From positions 1,352,827-1,416,826 of the forward strand of contig OZ242262.1 of NCBI GenBank assembly GCA_965207145.1: a DNA stretch of 64,000 nt. The letters run 5' to 3'. A program made the translations under genes and the position numbers. The DNA is from Dehalococcoidia bacterium. Lineage in GTDB: Bacteria; Chloroflexota; Dehalococcoidia; Lucifugimonadales; UBA2962. The first letter of the stretch is position 1. Each line of letters opens with the position of its first letter. This document shows positions 28,507-38,738 of the stretch, piece by piece. The notes beneath the pieces are model-generated. The model was not told the origin of the DNA and searched no databases. It saw only the letters and a program-made list of their open reading frames with translations.

Positions 28507-30200
28507 TCTATGTCCACCCTCAAGGCGTATGTCCCCAGCTCGATGTCGGAGACGTACACGTTTTCATCGAGCACTCGAACGCCCCATGCCCCCTGGAGGA
28601 TGTCCCGTTCATTTTCGGCCGGGACGGTATCGAAGTGGGCGATCTCCCTGGGTGAGAGCGGATCCCTGAGGTCGACCACGCGGAGCCCGTCTACGTAATA
28701 CGAAATATAGGCGATGCCGCCCTCAACCTGAACGTTGTGTATGGATATCCCCTCTCGGGTGGCAAAGCGCGAAACGACCGTCGGATTGGCCAGGTCGGTC
28801 ACGTCAAGAATCGTCATGTGGGCATCATAGCCCTCTGAGTTGTGGGCATAGTAGAGTCGCTGTCCCATCCTGAAGGGCCACCCGCTGTGGCTGAAGATGC
28901 CCTCCCAGGTGATCGAGCCCACGGCGAATATGTCCTGCGGGTCCGTAACGTCCAGTATCCACAGGCCCGCGTCGAGGTAGTTAAGGAAGGCGATCAGCCT
29001 GCCATCGACCTCCATGACATTGACATCGTGTGTGTCGTGGAAGTTGTACGCCGATGCCTTGTCGGTATCCAGGCTGAACCGGCCGGCCTCAACTGCATTT
29101 GCAGGATCCGACACGTCTATGACCAGCAAGTCTGTCTTCGGGTATTCCGACTGGTTGATGGCATATAGGAACTCACCGTTGGGTGACAGAAAGATGTTGT
29201 GAAAGTTCGCAAAGCCTTCATGAGGGGGCGCAAAGAACTCGCCGATGGTCTGCGGCCTGACCGGGTCCGAGACGTCGATGATCTGAAGGCCGTTGGAGGC
29301 GGTGGCTGCATAGAGAATCCCGTCCCTGGCCTTGACGTCGAACACGTAGTGACCGGCGGCTGCATGTCCGAGGATGTTCCCGCTGTCGGCGTCTATGATC
29401 TCGATCATGCCGTCTAGTCTGGGAGCGAAAACGAGCCCGTCCTCGGCCCAGATGTCCGAGTGCAGGGCCTCACCCGGCTGATGCCACAGAACCTCGACGT
29501 TGTCGCTGGACTGAGGCTCGTCCCGGGGCTCTATCCGCGCGAGGGTTCCTCTGGCGACAAAGCTGGGAGAGGAGAGGGTGACCTCAAGCACGCCCCCCCT
29601 CTCAGGGGCAAAGATGTGGAGATCCACATAGACCAGCCCCGTGCACGAGGACAGCTCCCACCCGTCCGGTCTCTGTTTCGGGTCGCAGAGAATTGCAGGC
29701 GGGAGATAGCCTGGTGAGGGACCAACCTCTATTTTCCACGGATCCTGGTACGGGTCCTCTCCAGGCCTGATCCGAATGGCCAGCCACGGCGGGGAGAATT
29801 CCGTTTGACCCGGATCGCCGATCAGATCGCCGGCCCAGAGGCCGGGCGACGGATGACTGGCCGGCTCCAGTTCGGCCTCGACTTCCTTGACCACCTCAAC
29901 GACTCTCTCCACCTCGACCTCGACGGGTACCTCAACCTCCTTGACCACCTCAACGACTCTCTCCACCTCGACCTCGACGGGTACCTCGACTTCCTTAGCC
30001 ACCTCGACGACTCGCTCCCCCCCGGGTTCGGTCGACTGAGGGCCACCACAGGCGATGCCCATCGCCAGAGCGGAGATGATCGCCAGACAGACCAAACCCG
30101 CTTGCCGCAGTTCGCCCAGACCTGCTACCGGCAAGTTCGCAACCTCAAGTTGGATTCCATCGATCAAATGGTCTCGTTCGATTGGCATGACTGTCATCAC
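28503..30200 (-). CDS. LVIVD-repeat beta-propeller lipoprotein
   Basis: Repeated 'LQIIDVSDP', 'LLVIDVSDP', 'LWILDVTDP', 'MTILDVTDL' and 'LRVVDLRDP' blades. Lipobox 'AMGIAC' is followed by a Glu/Val repeat tether. The start is uncertain because the leader before the signal peptide is long. Confidence 0.75.
   Translation of the reverse strand: MMTVMPIERDHLIDGIQLEVANLPVAGLGELRQAGLVCLAIISALAMGIACGGPQSTEPGGERVVEVAKEVEVPVEVEVERVVEVVKEVEVPVEVEVERVVEVVKEVEAELEPASHPSPGLWAGDLIGDPGQTEFSPPWLAIRIRPGEDPYQDPWKIEVGPSPGYLPPAILCDPKQRPDGWELSSCTGLVYVDLHIFAPERGGVLEVTLSSPSFVARGTLARIEPRDEPQSSDNVEVLWHQPGEALHSDIWAEDGLVFAPRLDGMIEIIDADSGNILGHAAAGHYVFDVKARDGILYAATASNGLQIIDVSDPVRPQTIGEFFAPPHEGFANFHNIFLSPNGEFLYAINQSEYPKTDLLVIDVSDPANAVEAGRFSLDTDKASAYNFHDTHDVNVMEVDGRLIAFLNYLDAGLWILDVTDPQDIFAVGSITWEGIFSHSGWPFRMGQRLYYAHNSEGYDAHMTILDVTDLANPTVVSRFATREGISIHNVQVEGGIAYISYYVDGLRVVDLRDPLSPREIAHFDTVPAENERDILQGAWGVRVLDENVYVSDIELGTYALRVDID
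29885..30020 (-). repeat. 54-bp in-frame tandem repeat, about 2.5 copies, encoding (KEVEVPVEVEVERVVEVV)n
   Basis: 'ccttgaccacctcaacgactctctccacctcgacctcgacgggtacctc' recurs at 29885 and 29939, with a partial copy at 29993. Confidence 0.9.
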
Positions 30201-30441
30201 TTGGTAAAGCTGGACCAGTCAAATTGACCTACCCATCTCTCGAACCACCTTCGTCCAGCTATAGCCTGGGGGACGCTCCGGGCTCCTTCTGTCCCCGGAC
30301 CCCTTCTCCGCGAGCAGGGCGCTCGTCTCGCGTTGGCGCTACCTGCCTACCGCATCGAAATCTTGCCGGCGTCGTTCGTCGGGCGACTCCGTGTCCCGGA
30401 CAACGGTTGAGCGGGTGACCTCCGCCTACGCTGGCAGGAAC

Positions 30442-30957
30442 TCACGGACCTGACTGCCCACCGACTTCCTCGATGGTCGCTCCGAGGATGTGAGGCGACC
30501 AGTCCAAGATGGCCTTATCAACAGTATCGACATCCAGACGCACGGGCAGTGACACCGAGTAGGCCTTCTCGTCCAGAAGGGGCAGGTCGATATTAAGTTG
30601 CACCGAGACGATCGCCGTCACGTCGTACCTGTGTCCGAATCCGGGTCGAGGCGTCTCGAAGGTCCAGGTAACGCTCTTGCGGATCTGTTCCTCCAGGACA
30701 TCTCCGGCGAGCTGGCTCACTACCGGAACCTCGCCTATGGCGAGATCAATCAACTCGTCCGCAACTTTCCCCATGCTCCTGCTCGCCCATTCCCGCGCCG
30801 CCTCTTCGGCTATTTCAGCCTTCGTTGGTGTCGGGGTCGGAGTCGGTCCTTCGATTCGATCGTCGCAGGCAACCATCAACGCGAGCGGCAACAAAACCAA
30901 AATGCCGAGCCCAATTGTCAGACGCCTGCCTGCCGTTCCTTCCTCTCCTTCTTCCAA
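30442..30957 (-). CDS. Hypothetical lipoprotein
   Basis: Signal peptide and lipobox 'LALMVAC', then a 'PTPTPTPT' tether. No family recognised. Confidence 0.5.
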   Translation of the reverse strand: MEEGEEGTAGRRLTIGLGILVLLPLALMVACDDRIEGPTPTPTPTKAEIAEEAAREWASRSMGKVADELIDLAIGEVPVVSQLAGDVLEEQIRKSVTWTFETPRPGFGHRYDVTAIVSVQLNIDLPLLDEKAYSVSLPVRLDVDTVDKAILDWSPHILGATIEEVGGQSGP

Positions 30958-31523
30958 GCTGAGCTTCCCCTCAAGTTATGGTCGGACTCTAATGTTAGCT
31001 TTGCCGAAACGAGGGTTCAGGGGGAATGGAATGATGCTGAGACCCGGCATACGCCGGGAGAGTTAGCCTCCGTCCCGAGGCAGGTCCGGAGCGGTGGCCC
31101 ATGGGTGGAGGCCTGTAGGGTTAGGGATCGCCGAGAGTACCCTGTGTGGCATACTGGCAACCCTGAGTGGGATTGTTTTGTACCCGGTATCAGTATCGGC
31201 CCTTAGGCGGCGGACCTGAGCGTGAACATTTCCTAGAGTAGTTTGCCGAAGCGTGGGCGCTGAGGGATGACGCGCTCTTTGCCCGGAACAGTCTACTTGC
31301 GCAGAATTGTTCGACGGGGGAACGTCACCCTAGCAGGGACTTGCCCGGAGAGTTCGACACTGGAACAGGGATCCGCATGCCGTTGACAGAGTAAGATCTG
31401 GGCACTACAAGTGGCCCACGCCGGACAACCCTTGCGCTGGAATTCGCAACGTTCTTGTCAATTTGCAGCGGACGATCACAAGGTGGCCTGTCGAGACGGT
31501 CTGAGCAAAGAGAGGGTTATTCA

Positions 31524-33047
31524 ATGAAGAAGGGGACTTTTCTCATCGTGGCTTTTCTCGCTGTGGGATTGGCACTGTCCGCGTGCGGTGGCGATGAGGC
31601 CGCAGATCCCACGGCAACCGCTGTAACTGCCGAACCGACGCCCACGGCGACCGCTGTGCCTGCAGAGCCGACTGCCGCTCCCGCCGAGCCGACGGCCACC
31701 GCAACCGCCACGCCCGCTGTTTCTGAACCGGCCGTAGAGCCGGAGGCTTCCCAAGAGCAGCTGCTCGCCGAATATGCGAATGAGCACGCAGGCGGACCAG
31801 GTGCGATCTTTGTGGGAGATCCCATGCAGTTAATCGGTCCGCCCCCCCACGAGGGCATGATGTTCGAGGCACCCCAGGAGCAATACATGCAGGGGTCCAT
31901 GGCGGCGCTGTTCGGTGTTCCAGAGTTGGGAATCGCCAGCCACATGTTCATCTTTACCAGCGACTACTATCGAGGCCTCATAGAAAAGGCCAAGCTGACC
32001 AACCCGACCGAACTGACCTCAAGCGGGCAGAGCATTGAGATTCAACACGTCTGCATCAGCCGCACCCTGCCTACCTGTCTGCTGATCCAGGCCTACTGGG
32101 CACCCAACGTAGAAAGGCGCACCAACGGCCAGGTAAAGCTCTCAGTGGTTTCGTTCGCCGAGTTGGGGCTGGCAGGTCCCGATACCCTGGATCAAGTGCG
32201 AGACGGCACCCTGGACATGGTGAACATATACGCCGGCTACGTAGCGGGCGCGCTCCCGGCCCTGGAGGTACAGGCCCTCTGGGGCATGGCCAGCGACTGG
32301 GAAAGCTCCTACATGATACTGACGGATGTCGCGCCGGAGGTCGACCAGATCATACTCGATGCCACAGGCGGCAGCCCTGTCCTGAATCGCAACTGGTTTG
32401 CCGGTGCCGACCAGTGGTTCTTCGGGAACAGGCCCCTGCAGAGCGTCGAGGCTTTCGAGGGCCTCAAGATAAGGACTCACGGCGGCGCCATAACCGACTT
32501 CATCACCGGTATGGGAGCCGAGGGGGTGTTCTTAGGGTTCGGCGAACTGTACCAGGCGCTGGAACTCGACCAAATAGACGCAGCCGCCACGGGGATACTG
32601 CTGGCAATCCCGGACCGCCTGTATGAAGTGTCCAGCTACATGGCCGGTCCCGTGATCGGCTTCGGGTACACCAACAACGTAATCAATAAGGACGTCTGGA
32701 ACAAGATTCCGGAAGACCTGCAACAGATCCTCATCGAGGAAGGTGCAAAGGCCGAGCTTGAGGCACTTCGCTTGGCCCCGTTCCAGAACGTAGTCGCGCT
32801 GCAAATTCATCAGCAACTCGGAGTTCAGCCGGTGCCATTCTCCGAAGAGATAATCCGCCACATCCGGACCGTGGTGTTTCCCGAGCATGTCTTCCCCGGA
32901 TGGCTACGTCGCTTGGGATACCCGGAACGGAACCAGGAGATCGTCGACATCGCCAATGAGAAGATCAGTCCCTACACGGGTCTCTGGGTGGAACCGGACG
33001 GGTCGATCAGGCAGGTTCCCGTTACCAAGGGGCCGTTCGCCCCGTGA
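31524..33047 (+). CDS. TRAP transporter substrate-binding lipoprotein (DctP family) with a long N-terminal extension
   Basis: AGAGAGGG lies upstream of the ATG at 31524. Lipobox 'LALSAC', then an Ala/Thr/Pro/Glu tether of about 70 aa. The DctP-like core includes 'GLKIRTHGG', 'ELYQALELDQIDAA' and 'VINKDVWNKIPEDLQ'. Confidence 0.8.
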   Translation: MKKGTFLIVAFLAVGLALSACGGDEAADPTATAVTAEPTPTATAVPAEPTAAPAEPTATATATPAVSEPAVEPEASQEQLLAEYANEHAGGPGAIFVGDPMQLIGPPPHEGMMFEAPQEQYMQGSMAALFGVPELGIASHMFIFTSDYYRGLIEKAKLTNPTELTSSGQSIEIQHVCISRTLPTCLLIQAYWAPNVERRTNGQVKLSVVSFAELGLAGPDTLDQVRDGTLDMVNIYAGYVAGALPALEVQALWGMASDWESSYMILTDVAPEVDQIILDATGGSPVLNRNWFAGADQWFFGNRPLQSVEAFEGLKIRTHGGAITDFITGMGAEGVFLGFGELYQALELDQIDAAATGILLAIPDRLYEVSSYMAGPVIGFGYTNNVINKDVWNKIPEDLQQILIEEGAKAELEALRLAPFQNVVALQIHQQLGVQPVPFSEEIIRHIRTVVFPEHVFPGWLRRLGYPERNQEIVDIANEKISPYTGLWVEPDGSIRQVPVTKGPFAP

Positions 33048-33317
33048 TCGCCTCTCTCGCGGCGGGCGACTGAAGGAAGTTCAGCCTGCGGGTGGAACTC
33101 TGGCCGCATACCCGACCCCAGGCCAGGAACGCTCCCTGCTGGCCGTTCTGGGTTCGTGCGCCGGCTGGGCGGTCCTTATGGTTGTGAGACCGGCTTGGAA
33201 GATCTCGAACGTGAGTAGCGTTTTGGCAGCTTGCCGCCACTCTCCGGTGACTCCCACGTGACGGGAGCTCTGGCAAGATTGGCCCGGCGCCGCGAATCTT
33301 TGACTTAGGAAGACGCG

Positions 33318-33911
33318 GTGGCCGCCAATAGCCTGTCAACCTACGAGGGGCAGAGGACGCCGGCTCTCCATCTGTTGCTGGCTTTCCGCGCCATCGGCCA
33401 AAAGGCCGACAGGCTGTACCTGCTTCTCGGATACATTTGCGGCCTTGAACTGCTGCTGCTCGGTTTCTTCATCACCTACCAGGTGGTAGCTCGAAATCTC
33501 GACTGGCCTAGGGCCCCGGGAACCGATGTCATCAGCGGCTACGTCCTGGCGATGGCAGTCACCTGGGCGCTGGCCTACTCACTTCGTTCGGACTCTCACG
33601 TGAGAATCGACGTGCTCTTGCCACGGATGAGCCCGCCGGTCCGGGCCGTGGCGGACCTGGTGGCGCTTGGAGGGTTGGCCTTCTTGGGCTACGTGACCGC
33701 CTGGGAGATGTGGGAGAGCGTGATCAGCGATTACCAGCGAGACGTTTACAACAACGTCTATCCGCGGACTCCTTTGTTCATACCAAAGGCCGTGGTTGCT
33801 GTTGGATTCACAATGCTGGTGATCACCGCTCTGCAGATGATGCTCTCGATGATCGCCGAGAGGCTGCTCCCCCGTTTGCACGAGCTCATGGGGGGACAGA
33901 AGGTCGAATGA
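33318..33911 (+). CDS. TRAP transporter small permease (DctQ-like)
   Basis: Four hydrophobic helices. 'HVRIDVL' is the typical DctQ motif. It lies between the DctP and DctM genes. GTG start as called. Confidence 0.7.
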   Translation: MAANSLSTYEGQRTPALHLLLAFRAIGQKADRLYLLLGYICGLELLLLGFFITYQVVARNLDWPRAPGTDVISGYVLAMAVTWALAYSLRSDSHVRIDVLLPRMSPPVRAVADLVALGGLAFLGYVTAWEMWESVISDYQRDVYNNVYPRTPLFIPKAVVAVGFTMLVITALQMMLSMIAERLLPRLHELMGGQKVE

Positions 33912-33940
33912 TCCCTCAGACGGTCTTCGGAGGCTAGGCC

Positions 33941-35434
33941 TTGGTTCTCGGCGTGGCATTCGGGTTGATGGGCGCGTTCTTCATGGCGGGCATGTACGTT
34001 GCCGCCGCCCTGGGGTGCCTGTCCTTGATCATCATGTACTTCTTCTCCGACGCTCCCCTCTGGAACATCATGGCCAACAAGGCCTGGGAGGGTACGACAG
34101 GCTTCATTCTGGTGGCCGTGCCCCTGTTCATTCTCATGGGTGAGTTGATGAACCGCTCCGGCATTGGGGAGCGTATGTATGCCGTCATCGCCCGCTGGTT
34201 GTGGTTCCTCCCGGGCGGGCTCATCCACACCAACGTCGTCTCCTGTGCCATCTTTTCCGCCTGCTCGGGCTCGAGTGTGGCCACGTCCGCCACGATAAGC
34301 CGGGCGTCGCTTCCATCCTTTAGGCGGCGGGGCTATTCAGAGCGCATGGTCCTGGGCTCACTTGCCGCCGGTGGAACGCTGGGCATCCTGATTCCTCCCA
34401 GCATAGGCCTGATCCTGTACGGGGTGCTGGCGGAGGAATCGATCGGACGCCTCTACATGGCGGGCCTTCTGCCCGGGCTCATCCTTGCGACGTCATTCGT
34501 TGTGATGATAGCCGTCCTGGCTTTGGCCTGGCGCGATATGGCCCCGAGAGAGCGGGGCGACAGCTTTGGCAACTGGGAGGGATGGAAGGTCAGGTTGCTT
34601 GGAGCCATCCACCTTCTGCCAATACTGGCCCTAATCTTCATCGTCCTGGGATTCATCTATCTCGGAATCGCATCGCCAAGCGAAGCCGCCGCCTTCGGAG
34701 TCTCTGGCGCATTTGCCCTAGCGATTCTGCTGAATTCGGGCGAGCTACTTACGCCGTTGCTGGGCTTCCTGCTCAGGCGGACCGGCCTCATCCATCTGCT
34801 CACGCACGACGCACAGCAGGCGCTGCGCTCGGCCCACATGCCATCTCGCAAGACTGCCCGGGTTGTCTTGAGGCGAAACCTGCGGATTGTCCAGCAGTCG
34901 CTCATTTCCACGGCTCGAACCACCGGCATGATCTTCCTGATCCTTCTCGCCGCATTCACCTTGAGCTTCGCATTCGCCCGGCTTGGAATCTCCGGGGAGA
35001 TCGCCGAGGCCATTTCGAGCCTGAACCTGAGTGATTGGCAGTTGGTCCTGGCCCTGATCGTGTTCTACCTTCTCTTGGGCACTTTCATGGAGAGTTTCGC
35101 CATGATGGTCACCACCGTGCCCATCCTGATCCCGACACTGCAGCAGGCAGGAGTCGACCTTGTCTGGTTCGGCGTCATAATGGTGCTCCTGGTGGAGGCG
35201 GCACTGATCAGTCCACCTGAAGGGATCAACCTGTACGTCCTTCACGGCGTTCGTCAGGATGTCGACCGCGAAGAGGCCGAACAGTCGAATCAGACGGTGC
35301 GGCAGCGCACGATTTCGGACGTGTGGATAGGCGTATTGCCATTCATGGCGTGCATGGCCGTCGTAATTGCCCTCGTACTGGCATTCCCGCAGATTGCGCT
35401 GTGGCTGCCGAACCTGATCTACGGTGCCAGGTAA
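33941..35434 (+). CDS. TRAP transporter large permease (DctM-like)
   Basis: 'PLFILMGELMNRSGIGERMY', 'SGSSVATSATI' and 'LIPPSIGLILYG' are canonical DctM motifs. The protein is about 60-70 aa longer than usual because of a basic insert near 34740-34930. Confidence 0.85.
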   Translation: MVLGVAFGLMGAFFMAGMYVAAALGCLSLIIMYFFSDAPLWNIMANKAWEGTTGFILVAVPLFILMGELMNRSGIGERMYAVIARWLWFLPGGLIHTNVVSCAIFSACSGSSVATSATISRASLPSFRRRGYSERMVLGSLAAGGTLGILIPPSIGLILYGVLAEESIGRLYMAGLLPGLILATSFVVMIAVLALAWRDMAPRERGDSFGNWEGWKVRLLGAIHLLPILALIFIVLGFIYLGIASPSEAAAFGVSGAFALAILLNSGELLTPLLGFLLRRTGLIHLLTHDAQQALRSAHMPSRKTARVVLRRNLRIVQQSLISTARTTGMIFLILLAAFTLSFAFARLGISGEIAEAISSLNLSDWQLVLALIVFYLLLGTFMESFAMMVTTVPILIPTLQQAGVDLVWFGVIMVLLVEAALISPPEGINLYVLHGVRQDVDREEAEQSNQTVRQRTISDVWIGVLPFMACMAVVIALVLAFPQIALWLPNLIYGAR

Positions 35435-35515
35435 ATGAGAGGCATGGAGAGTACAGGCTAGACGGGGCAAGGATCTGAGGGGGCAGGCTCTTGCAAGGGA
35501 TCTTTACGCGGAGCG

Positions 35516-36277
35516 GTGAACTTGGACAGGAAGGCCGAGGCTAGACGGCTGGTGGAAGCGATTCGTGAGTCCCTTAGAGCTTCAGCGGACCCTGAGCGCG
35601 CCAAGAACGAGAAGCGGTACCTTAAGAGCGACCTTCGATTCATCGGAGCCAGTGTTCCCTCGATCCGCAAGGCCGTTAGGCAGGTCGTGGGACGCGGCTC
35701 ATTTTCGGAGAGAACGACACTACTTGCGTTCGTAGAGGCCTGCTGGGATACGGACGTTCATGAGCTACGCGTGGCAGGAGTCGTCGCCCTTCAACAGTCG
35801 ACGCATCTTCTGGAAGCGAGAGACATTGTGCTTGTCGAAGCACTTATTCGCAGGTCAAAGTCCTGGGCCTATGTCGACCCTCTGTCCATCTATATGGCGG
35901 GTTCGCTGGTGGAGCGGTTCCCCGAGCTTGGCTCAACGCTGAACCTATGGGCACAGGATCCGGACTTCTGGGTGCGTCGTTCTGCCATCCTCGCACTGTT
36001 GGGACCGTTGCGACGCGGGGAAGGAGATTTCGACCGATTCAGCCGATACGCAGATGCGATGCTCGGGGAAAAGGAATTCTTCATCCGTAAGGCCATCGGA
36101 TGGACGCTGCGAGAGGTGAGCAAAACGCGACCCTGCCTTGTCTACAGCTGGATGGCGCCTAGGACTGGCCGAATCTCGGGTGTCGCGATGCGCGAAGCGG
36201 TGAAATACCTGCCCAGGGATCAGCGCGACGGGCTCATGGCAGCGTACAGAGGGAGACGGTCGGCGCTCGGGGGATGA
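35516..36277 (+). CDS. DNA alkylation repair protein (AlkC/AlkD-like HEAT-repeat family)
   Basis: 'AKNEKRYLKSDLRFIGASVPSIRK' and 'EFFIRKAIGWTLREVSK' are hallmark motifs of this family. GTG start. Confidence 0.75.
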   Translation: MNLDRKAEARRLVEAIRESLRASADPERAKNEKRYLKSDLRFIGASVPSIRKAVRQVVGRGSFSERTTLLAFVEACWDTDVHELRVAGVVALQQSTHLLEARDIVLVEALIRRSKSWAYVDPLSIYMAGSLVERFPELGSTLNLWAQDPDFWVRRSAILALLGPLRRGEGDFDRFSRYADAMLGEKEFFIRKAIGWTLREVSKTRPCLVYSWMAPRTGRISGVAMREAVKYLPRDQRDGLMAAYRGRRSALGG

Positions 36278-36617
36278 GCCTTAGCGATCTATCTTGTCCT
36301 GGCGAGCGTGGATGGGTAGAGGCTGTGCAGCCTGATACCTGTACCTTGCTTTGGCGGAAGGGATTCGGCGCGTAACTCTTTCGGAGTAGCCGGTTCGAAC
36401 GAGTCCACACGTGTGTTCAGTGCCTCAAACCACGAGGCGCTGCTGGGGTGGGAGTGTTTTCGGTAGCCTTCCCGTGGTAGGCGTTCACCCCGGCAGGAAG
36501 ACCTTCGAACTCCACGACACAGTCTCCATCGGTACCGTCAACGGGTTGTGGTTGTAAGCTTCACACACGGCGCTGGCACGCCGCAGATCAGGCTCATCAA
36601 CACAACGGAGAACCGAT

Positions 36618-37571
36618 ATGGCCCTCTACCTCGCCGAAGAAGATGTCGCCGCCGTATTGACCATGGACATCGCGCTCGAGGAGGTGGAGAAGGGCTTCGT
36701 CCACCTCGCCGAAGGCAAGGCCTTCAACTTCCCGCGCAACCGCCTGCCCAACGGCGACGGCGCCTTCAACTTCATGGCCGCGACCGCCCCCGAGCTTGGC
36801 GTTATGGGCATGAAGACCTATGACTTCGTCGCCAACAGTTCGCGCTTCTACGTCCAGCTCTACGACACATCCACTGCGGAGCTCATCGCCCTCATAGAGG
36901 CCAACGGCATGGGACAGGTCCGCACCGGCGCCGCCAGCGGCATAGCGACCAAGTATATGGCCCGGGCCGACGCGTCCACGGTAGGCATGATCGGATCGGG
37001 CTACCAGGCCAGCACGCAGCTTGAGGCCGTCTCCAGAGTCAGGGACATAACCAGCGCTAGGATCTACTCTCGCAACCGGGAGAACCGGGAGCGTTTCGCC
37101 TCGATGATGGAGCGGCGCCTCGGCATCGAGGTCCGCGCTGTCACCGGCGGCCGTGAGTGCGTCGAAGGTGTCGATATAGTCAACGTCATCACCACGGCTC
37201 CTACTCCCGTCCTGCTGGGCGAATGGCTCGGCGCCGGCGCGCACGTGAACGCGGCCGGGAACAATCACTGGATGAAGCAGGAGGTCGACTCAGAGGTCGT
37301 CCGTCGCGCCAGTGTGATCGTTGCCGACGACGTCGAAGAGGCGAAGATCGAGTGCGGCGACCTCGTCGAGCCAATCGACCGCGGCGTCCTCACGTGGGAC
37401 CGCGTGCGCAACCTGTCCGACGTGGTTACGGGCCAGGTCGCGGGCCGCCGGTCAGACGACGATATCACCCTGTTCGAGTCCCAGGGAGTCGCCATCGAGG
37501 ACGTCGCCGTCGGCATTCGCGTCTACCGCATGGCGCAAGAGCGCGGACTGGGCCGGGTGATGCCCTTCTGA
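36618..37571 (+). CDS. Ornithine cyclodeaminase/mu-crystallin family protein
   Basis: 317 aa. Shows 'VGMIGSGYQASTQLEA' (Rossmann), 'VITTAPTPVL..WL..GAHVNAAG' and 'ITLFESQGVAIEDVAV'. Confidence 0.85.
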   Translation: MALYLAEEDVAAVLTMDIALEEVEKGFVHLAEGKAFNFPRNRLPNGDGAFNFMAATAPELGVMGMKTYDFVANSSRFYVQLYDTSTAELIALIEANGMGQVRTGAASGIATKYMARADASTVGMIGSGYQASTQLEAVSRVRDITSARIYSRNRENRERFASMMERRLGIEVRAVTGGRECVEGVDIVNVITTAPTPVLLGEWLGAGAHVNAAGNNHWMKQEVDSEVVRRASVIVADDVEEAKIECGDLVEPIDRGVLTWDRVRNLSDVVTGQVAGRRSDDDITLFESQGVAIEDVAVGIRVYRMAQERGLGRVMPF

Positions 37572-38030
37572 GCTACGCGCCCCGGCCAGAGACCGCCCGG
37601 GGACCTTACCGGCCGCACCCTAACGTTGGCTCGAGTGCGGGACGTCTCAATGCTAGTAGGTCAGGCCCTCCGCCGTTAACGAACCGTGTGATCGATATGA
37701 AAAGGGGTGTGGAAATGCACCTTCCACAGTCGCCAATGTGGGCTACGGGTGACTGTGGGTGGAAACTCTCAATGTGTCGTGTCACTTTGGCTCAAAGCGC
37801 CACGGACCCGATGGTGAACTGGTGGAGAGCAGATGATGTACTGGTGATGGGTCCGGGGACCCCGGACTCGTGCGCTTTGGCAGACCTCCTTGGATTGCGA
37901 GTTCAGCGATCCAGCCGACTAACTCTCCAGTTGGACCGAAATCCGGAGTGCAGGTAATCTCCTATCCCAAAGCCACAACCCTGTCGTCAGTGTGTATGTT
38001 AGGAGGGACTGAACAGAGTGGACCCTTCTC

Positions 38031-38738
38031 ATGGCATCAAGTAAAGGAGGTTCAAACATGGGCACAATAGCGGTGAACCGGCTAGCGGGTCTGTCCCTTA
38101 TCTTCGGCCCGGTAATCGCCTTCGTCTTCTTTCTCGTAGAGCCGGGCGGGCTAATCATAGATAGCGCCGAGGTGTCAGACGCCGTTGGCTCCATAACGGC
38201 CAAGGGCGCAAACGCCGCGCTGACCAATGTAACCAACATCGCGATAATCCTTGGCCTGGCCCTGATCCTCTCGGGCCTCTATGCGCTGATGCGGAACGTA
38301 ACCTTGCAGGGCAACGGCAAGGCGCTTGCTCAGATGGGCTTTTTCATGATCTTCGTCGGACTGACCGGCTGGATCCTGGCCGGCGGAATGGACTTCATTC
38401 TGGCCGATGCCCAAACCAGCGACCAGATTGCGGGAAGCGTTCCCGTCTACTACGCCGGCTCCGCCCTCTTCTACGCCGGTGGGATTACGCTTGGGTTTGG
38501 CGGCTCCATTTTCGCATTGGGCCTCTCCACGAGAGAGGACTTCAACCGGATAATCTCCCTGCTGGCTGCACTTGTCAGTCTGGCCGTTATGGCCTTTTTC
38601 ATCGTAGCCATACTCCACAACGATGGCCGTGACACCTTTATCACCCTGGCGCGCGGTTTTTACGTGCTGCTGGTCATCTGGTATGGATATCTGGGCTTCG
38701 GACTGATGAACCGGCCCGACCCCGACCTTTGGCGATAG
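38031..38738 (+). CDS. Hypothetical integral membrane protein
   Basis: About 6 hydrophobic helices. No family recognised. An alternative ATG lies at 38058. Confidence 0.5.
   Translation: MASSKGGSNMGTIAVNRLAGLSLIFGPVIAFVFFLVEPGGLIIDSAEVSDAVGSITAKGANAALTNVTNIAIILGLALILSGLYALMRNVTLQGNGKALAQMGFFMIFVGLTGWILAGGMDFILADAQTSDQIAGSVPVYYAGSALFYAGGITLGFGGSIFALGLSTREDFNRIISLLAALVSLAVMAFFIVAILHNDGRDTFITLARGFYVLLVIWYGYLGFGLMNRPDPDLWR

Noticed and set aside
37157-37957. 266-aa plus-strand ORF overlapping and extending past the ornithine cyclodeaminase gene
   Set aside because: It has extreme Arg/Pro/Gly composition ('RRRRRGEDRVRRPRRANRPRRPHVGPRAQP') and is out of frame with a well-supported gene. It is a GC-driven artefact.
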